A stretch of 32,000 nt of DNA from assembly GCA_041649575.1 (NCBI GenBank), contig JBAZMW010000004.1, forward strand, positions 103,131-135,130. Reading direction: 5' to 3'. Positions 26,904 through 32,000 of this stretch are shown one piece after another. The notes under the pieces are model-generated. The model had not been told where the DNA came from. It saw only the letters and a list, made by a program, of their open reading frames with translations, and did not search any database. How positions within the stretch are numbered: position 1 is the first letter of the stretch; each line of letters begins with the position of its first letter. A program made the position numbers and the translations under genes. This DNA is from Patescibacteria group bacterium (GTDB lineage: Bacteria > Patescibacteriota > Patescibacteriia > 2-01-FULL-39-33).

Positions 26904-27788
26904 ATGGAAAATCAAGAAAATAAGCCAGAAAACGCTCAAGAGCAGCTGCCGATCACAGAAACTCCGCTTGAGGCAAAGCCGGCAGAAAGCCAGCTGCCGG
27001 AAAGAGCGGAAAACGAAGATGCGTCAGCGGAAATTTTAGACGACAAAGGGCGGGAGGCGGCTGCCAAGCCGGAAGAAGCCGTGGCAGAAACGACAGCGCC
27101 AGAACCAGAAAAATTAGAGGAAGTTTCGGGAGGTTTGCCTGCGGAGAGACCATCTACTAAAAGAAGCATTATTACAACAGTGATTGTTTTGGTGGTAATA
27201 GTTTTGGTTTTTTGGTATGTCAGCAAAGAAAATAGCAAGGAAACGGTTCCAGCAAACAACGAAGCGGAAAATGCCAACATCTCGGTTAATAGCAATATGG
27301 AGAATGGCGAGGTAAAAATTATCGGCGAGGGCAATAACAACCAGGAAATCAAACAACCAGAGGAAACGGCAACAACCGGTCAGGGAGAAGAAAGTTACAA
27401 GATAGTCGCTTATTATAGCAACACCAAAAATGATCCGGGAGCTCAAGATTGCAGCCGGGTTTATGCCCTCGAGCGGCCGGGCGAAAAAAAATACGATTCC
27501 GAAGTGGTCAATGCGGTGCGTGGTCTGTTGGCGCCTTTGACCGAAGCGGAGCAAGCCGATGGCTGGGTTTCTAACATTCCGGCCGGGGCGGCCCTAAGTT
27601 ATGTCAAAGTTGAAAACGGTATGGCTATTGCCAATTTTAACTCGGCTTTGGGTCAGGTCGGCGGTTCTTGCGCGGTAGCGGCCATTCGAGCGCAAATTGA
27701 AAGAACTTTGACGCAGTTTTCTTACATCAAAGCCGTGACCATTTGCGTTAATGGCAATTGCAACCAGGAAGAGATTTTACAGCCCTAG
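26904..27788 (+). CDS. Membrane-anchored protein with GerMN-like C-terminal domain
   Basis: Acidic disordered N-terminus, TM SIITTVIVLVVIVLVFWYV, then VNAVRGLLAPLTEAEQADGWVSNIPAGAALSYVKVENGMAIANFNSAL. Confidence 0.75.
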   Translation: MENQENKPENAQEQLPITETPLEAKPAESQLPERAENEDASAEILDDKGREAAAKPEEAVAETTAPEPEKLEEVSGGLPAERPSTKRSIITTVIVLVVIVLVFWYVSKENSKETVPANNEAENANISVNSNMENGEVKIIGEGNNNQEIKQPEETATTGQGEESYKIVAYYSNTKNDPGAQDCSRVYALERPGEKKYDSEVVNAVRGLLAPLTEAEQADGWVSNIPAGAALSYVKVENGMAIANFNSALGQVGGSCAVAAIRAQIERTLTQFSYIKAVTICVNGNCNQEEILQP

Positions 27789-28017
27789 GGATTAAGTTGT
27801 CATAAATAGATCCGCCCTTAAACGGGCGGATTTTTTGGTTGGAAGTTATGCACAGTCGGGCCCTTTACTTGGCTGGCTGTTTTTTATTATAATTAAACTA
27901 TCATTTATCAATATAAAGATATTTATAAAAAGATTTTAACAAAAAGATTTTTAAATAAAGATATCAACATAAAGACATAATAAATTATCAAATCAAAGGT
28001 CAAAAATAGAGGCGATT

Positions 28018-28230
28018 ATGCAAGTCGACGCCAAAAAGCTGGGTCAGAATATCAAAAAATTACGGTTTAGACTGGGGATTTCGCAAGAGACTCTGGCCCG
28101 CCGAGCGGATTTGAAACTTTCCAATGTAGCTAAATTGGAGGGCGGTTTTAATTTCAATCCGACTCTGGCCACGCTGATTGCCATCGCTAAAATCATTGCC
28201 GACGGCAGTATTGATCGTTTGCTTAGATAA
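28018..28230 (+). CDS. XRE-family helix-turn-helix protein (70 aa)
   Basis: LGQNIKKLRFRLGISQETLARRADLKLSNVAKLEGGFNFNPTLATLIAIAKI. Confidence 0.9.
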   Translation: MQVDAKKLGQNIKKLRFRLGISQETLARRADLKLSNVAKLEGGFNFNPTLATLIAIAKIIADGSIDRLLR

Positions 28231-28233
28231 AAA

Positions 28234-31200
28234 ATGACGGAAAACCAATTAAAACCAAAAAATAATATCAAGAGAATATTAAAGATTTTCAATCTGGTGT
28301 TTTTGGTTGTGGTTTTGACGGCTCTAGTCTCTGTTGAGCCGGCCAAGAGCTGGCTGGGCAATCAGCTTAGCCCTTTAAGAAGCACTTTGGGCCAGTCGGC
28401 GACGCTGATAAAAAATGATTTGGCCAAGGGCTGGGCGGCGCTGAAAAATCGGCCCGGCCAAGTGGCGGGAGAAAGCGTTCAGGCTGGTCAAGAAAAAAAT
28501 CAGCCGGCCTCCAAAACGGATAAAAAGTCTTTTCAGGCCGAAGTTCGAGCTTGGGGCAACCAGCTTATCGGCCAGCTGGCTTGGTGGAAGAAGACTATAG
28601 AGAATTGGTGGCAGAAAGAAAAGACGGAGACTAATGGAGATTTGTCCAAGCCATCAGCCGGATTCGATAATTTATTCCAAACCACCGCCGGTAACGCCGA
28701 TACCAAAAATAGTTTATTGACAGTGGCAAAGGAGATGATTCAGCCACTGCCGTCGGCAGAAGTTTTGCCAACAATTACCAAGCAACCGGAAAAAAAGGAA
28801 ACGGCTCGGCCGGCGGTTATTGAAAATAAGCCGATTAAGATCGTTGAAAGAGTGGTTGAAAAAGTGAAAGAAATTGAGAAGCTAGTCTATCTGGACAAGA
28901 AAGAAGAACCAATAGTGCCAGCGAATAATTTTTTGGAAAATAATAATTTTTTGACGGGAATAAAGGGAGAATTTTTGCAGGGAGACAATCGTTTTGGAGG
29001 CACTTTAAGTTTTGCGCCCAATACTATTATTGATTTTGGCGGGGCTAGAATTTTTAATTGGCCATTTTTCCAGCAGCCGGTTGGCGCTGGCGCTAGCGGC
29101 GGCGGTTCGTCCTCCGGCTCTTCGGCGTCGGGTGTAACCGACCACGGCGCTCTGACCGGCCTAAGCGACGATGATCACACGCAATATGGCGCTTTGGCTC
29201 AAAATGAAACTGTAAGCGGAGCCTGGACTTTCACCGGCGATGTCGACATCAGCAGTTCGACCATTGATTCTTTGACGGTCAATGGCGAGCATTTTGTCGA
29301 CTTGACCGGACTGGGGCTGGCTAATGATAATTATTCTCTAAGGGTTAATACTTCCACTTTGGGACTAACTACCTCTGAAATTACAGAGGGTTCCAGTCAA
29401 TATTTTACCAATGCCCGGGTTGCCAGCTATATAAGTAGCTCTTCTACTATAGCTTTTGGCGGCTGTGCCAGCGGCCAGATTTTAAAATGGAACGGTAGCG
29501 CTTGGGCGTGCGCGGCCGACGACACTCTGGCTGGCGGTGAGACCGACCCGCTCTTTACTACCTGGAACGGCTATCTACATAATCGTTTTACCTCGGTTAA
29601 TGCCACCACCACCAATGCCGATAACCTCGTTGTCTATTCCGCTCTCACCTTACCCAACAACTCCATTACTGACGCCATGCTGGCCAACGACATCACCGCC
29701 TCCAATTATTTGTCTTTGTCTTCCTACTTTGCCACCACCACCTGGGCCGGGGGCAACAACAATCTGGTGGTGAGCGGCAACGTCACCTCCACCTCGCTTT
29801 GGCTGGGCGGCGCCGGCACGGCTAACAACTTAGACATGACCAATGACCTGTACGTAGCCGATGACGTGGAAATTGACGGCTCGCTCTGGGTTCAAAGTGC
29901 CACCACCACCGACTCCCTCTATGTGGGCGGCTATGCCTCGACCACTGGAGGACTTTACAGCCAGGGCAATCTCCATATTGGCGGCACTGCTTCATTTGAC
30001 GGCCTGGTCTCTGGCGCCGGCCTAACCTTGGCCCAGCAGAACTTCTGGAACACCACCTCTACTTGGGCGGGCTTTGTGGCTAACTTCAATAGCAATTTAA
30101 ACAACACTACCACTTGGGCTGCCTATGATGCTAACTGGGTTAGAAATTACAACGCTACCACCACGCTCAAAGATTTCACGCCCAGTGATTATCTCTCTTT
30201 TACTGTTTGGTATTCTTCTACTACTCGAGAAGCCATGAGGCTTAATGGCCAAGTCGCTTCTTACTATACTGACGCCACTAATTTAACCGTGGAAGTCACA
30301 GATAATTGGACAGGGCAATTTAATGGCCAAGCCTCCACTTATTACGCCACCTCCTCCGGCCTTTCTACCAAGCTGGCGGTTAGTGAGTTTGAGACTTATT
30401 TTAACAGTAGTCTTAATACTACCACTACCCTGGATTTGACCACCTTGGCCGTTAATAACTTAACAGTTAATACTACTATAGCCTTGCCCAACAACTCCAT
30501 TACCGATGCCATGCTGGCCAATGACATCACCGCCTCCAATTATTTGTCTTTGTCTTCCTACTTTGCCACCACCACTTGGGCCGGGGGCAACAACAATCTG
30601 GTGGTGAGCGGCAACGTCACCTCCACCGGCAGTCTTTGGGTTTCCAATATTGCCACTTTAGCCACCACGACGATGGCAATGGGAAGCAAGATTGGCAGCG
30701 CTGACTTAAATTATTATGTAATGATGGATAAATTTTTAGTCCCAGCCGGTGGTGATTATGCAGGTAGTATTTTCCCAGTTTGGAAAAGCTATATCGATTT
30801 AACCTGGCAAGGCACACCGGTTGGTTTGCTTAAAAGTAGTAATAATTTCAGTGACTCGGTAGCAATTTTAGAAGATGCTGATGGAAACGTTAATCCAAGC
30901 TTTAGTTTTGCTAACTATGATGTGACTGATACTGCCGATATAGAATATGCAACCAAAACCGACCAGCTACTATTTACTGGAGCTAGCGGTGGCTATACCT
31001 TTGACGACGACCTGTCTGTTACTGGCAGCGCCACCACCACGGTTCGTTTGGTGGTTGGCACCACCAACCCCACCAATAATTGGGGCAAACTCTGGGCCGG
31101 AGGAGATCTCTTTATCAATGGTATCACTACTTCCACCTCGCTTTGGCTGGGCGGCGCCGGCACGGCCAACAACTTAGACATGACCAATGACCTGTACGTA

Positions 31201-32000
31201 GCCGATGACGTGGAAATTGACGGCTCGCTCTGGGTTCAAAGTGCCACCACCACCGACTCTCTCTATGTGGGCGGCTATGCCTCGACCACTGGAGGACTTT
31301 ACAGCCAGGGCAATCTCCATATTGGCGGCACTGCTTCATTTGACGGCCTGGTCTCTGGCGCCGGCCTAACCTTGGCCCAGCAGAACTTCTGGAACACCAC
31401 CTCTACTTGGGCGGGCTTTGTGGCTAACTTCAATAGCAATTTAAACAACACTACCACTTGGGCTGCCTATGATGCTAACTGGGTTAGAAATTACAACGCT
31501 ACCACCACGCTCAAAGATTTCACGCCCAGTGATTATCTCTCTTTTACTGTTTGGTATTCTTCTACTACTCGAGAAGCCATGAGGCTTAATGGCCAAGTCG
31601 CTTCTTACTATACTGACGCCACTAATTTAACCGTGGAAGTCACAGATAATTGGACAGGGCAATTTAATGGCCAAGCCTCCACTTATTACGCCACCTCCTC
31701 CGGCCTTTCTACCAAGCTGGCGGTTAGTGAGTTTGAGACTTATTTTAACAGTAGTCTTAATACTACCACTACCCTGGATTTGACCACCTTGGCCATTAAC
31801 AACTTAACAGTTAATACTACTATAGCCTTACCCAACAACTCCATTACTGACGCCATGCTGGCCAACGACATCACCGCCTCCAATTATTTGTCTTTGTCTT
31901 CCTACTTTGCCACCACCACCTGGGCCGGGGGCAACAACAATCTGGTGGTGAGCGGCAACGTCACCTCCACCTCGCTTTGGCTGGGCGGCGCCGGCACGGC
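28234..32000 (+). CDS. Giant Thr/Asn/Ser-rich surface or tail-fibre-like protein (partial, runs off window)
   Basis: Manually translated from ATG 28234. N-terminal TM; a DHGALTGLSDDDHTQYGAL motif typical of phage tail-type proteins; near-identical internal repeats. Absent from the ORF track, presumably because no stop falls in the window. Confidence 0.8.
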   Translation, partial: MTENQLKPKNNIKRILKIFNLVFLVVVLTALVSVEPAKSWLGNQLSPLRSTLGQSATLIKNDLAKGWAALKNRPGQVAGESVQAGQEKNQPASKTDKKSFQAEVRAWGNQLIGQLAWWKKTIENWWQKEKTETNGDLSKPSAGFDNLFQTTAGNADTKNSLLTVAKEMIQPLPSAEVLPTITKQPEKKETARPAVIENKPIKIVERVVEKVKEIEKLVYLDKKEEPIVPANNFLENNNFLTGIKGEFLQGDNRFGGTLSFAPNTIIDFGGARIFNWPFFQQPVGAGASGGGSSSGSSASGVTDHGALTGLSDDDHTQYGALAQNETVSGAWTFTGDVDISSSTIDSLTVNGEHFVDLTGLGLANDNYSLRVNTSTLGLTTSEITEGSSQYFTNARVASYISSSSTIAFGGCASGQILKWNGSAWACAADDTLAGGETDPLFTTWNGYLHNRFTSVNATTTNADNLVVYSALTLPNNSITDAMLANDITASNYLSLSSYFATTTWAGGNNNLVVSGNVTSTSLWLGGAGTANNLDMTNDLYVADDVEIDGSLWVQSATTTDSLYVGGYASTTGGLYSQGNLHIGGTASFDGLVSGAGLTLAQQNFWNTTSTWAGFVANFNSNLNNTTTWAAYDANWVRNYNATTTLKDFTPSDYLSFTVWYSSTTREAMRLNGQVASYYTDATNLTVEVTDNWTGQFNGQASTYYATSSGLSTKLAVSEFETYFNSSLNTTTTLDLTTLAVNNLTVNTTIALPNNSITDAMLANDITASNYLSLSSYFATTTWAGGNNNLVVSGNVTSTGSLWVSNIATLATTTMAMGSKIGSADLNYYVMMDKFLVPAGGDYAGSIFPVWKSYIDLTWQGTPVGLLKSSNNFSDSVAILEDADGNVNPSFSFANYDVTDTADIEYATKTDQLLFTGASGGYTFDDDLSVTGSATTTVRLVVGTTNPTNNWGKLWAGGDLFINGITTSTSLWLGGAGTANNLDMTNDLYVADDVEIDGSLWVQSATTTDSLYVGGYASTTGGLYSQGNLHIGGTASFDGLVSGAGLTLAQQNFWNTTSTWAGFVANFNSNLNNTTTWAAYDANWVRNYNATTTLKDFTPSDYLSFTVWYSSTTREAMRLNGQVASYYTDATNLTVEVTDNWTGQFNGQASTYYATSSGLSTKLAVSEFETYFNSSLNTTTTLDLTTLAINNLTVNTTIALPNNSITDAMLANDITASNYLSLSSYFATTTWAGGNNNLVVSGNVTSTSLWLGGAGT
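29650..32000 (+). repeat. 834-nt (278-codon) intragenic repeat, with a 510-nt insertion in copy 2
   Basis: Unit starts at about 29650, 30484 and 31828; segment 29797-30483 is nearly identical to 31141-31827 (offset 1344 = 834 + 510). Confidence 0.9.

Noticed and set aside
29537-31339. ORFs 29537-29773(+), 30617-30817(-), 30947-31177(+), 30993-31187(-) and 31127-31339(-)
   Set aside because: Alternate-frame or antisense shadows of the giant repetitive ORF.
29650-32000. CRISPR or satellite interpretation of the repeats near the right edge
   Set aside because: The repeats are 834 nt, in frame and coding; there are no short palindromic repeats with unique spacers.

Overview
The window looks like a chromosomal segment from a CPR/Patescibacteria-type bacterium; this is inferred from gene style and is not proven. 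The AT-leaning backbone carries rplS, several tRNAs, a TrmB-family regulator, a methyltransferase, a YkgJ-like Cys-cluster protein, an endonuclease Q-like PHP protein, 5S and 23S rRNA (minus strand, no adjacent 16S), a MiaB-type methylthiotransferase, a large secreted PKD/lamin-tail protein, a Na+/Ca2+ exchanger, gyrA, an MBL-fold hydrolase, a cobalamin-binding radical SAM protein, a second TrmB regulator, a GerMN-like protein, an XRE HTH, and a very long repeat-bearing surface/tail-fibre-like ORF that runs off the right edge. Interspersed are short orphan genes, mostly more GC-rich by eye. They are often complete transcription units with a promoter, strong Shine-Dalgarno and hairpin terminator, while most backbone genes show no SD. 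The main second-look items are: (1) a tRNA-Val(UAC) nested between the two halves of another tRNA-like gene, with an 8-bp complementary pair beside the halves; (2) recurrent orphan tRNA 3' fragments downstream of intact tRNAs; (3) a 16-aa Lys-rich microprotein gene with its own control signals; (4) the strong-SD versus SD-less split; (5) an 834-nt near-identical repeat in the giant ORF, one copy split by a 510-nt module; (6) a tRNA-Leu whose CCA overlaps the start codon of the downstream miaB; (7) operator-like palindromes and phased repeats. No CRISPR array, transposase, integrase or recognisable known defence system was found. All coordinates and foldings were read by eye.
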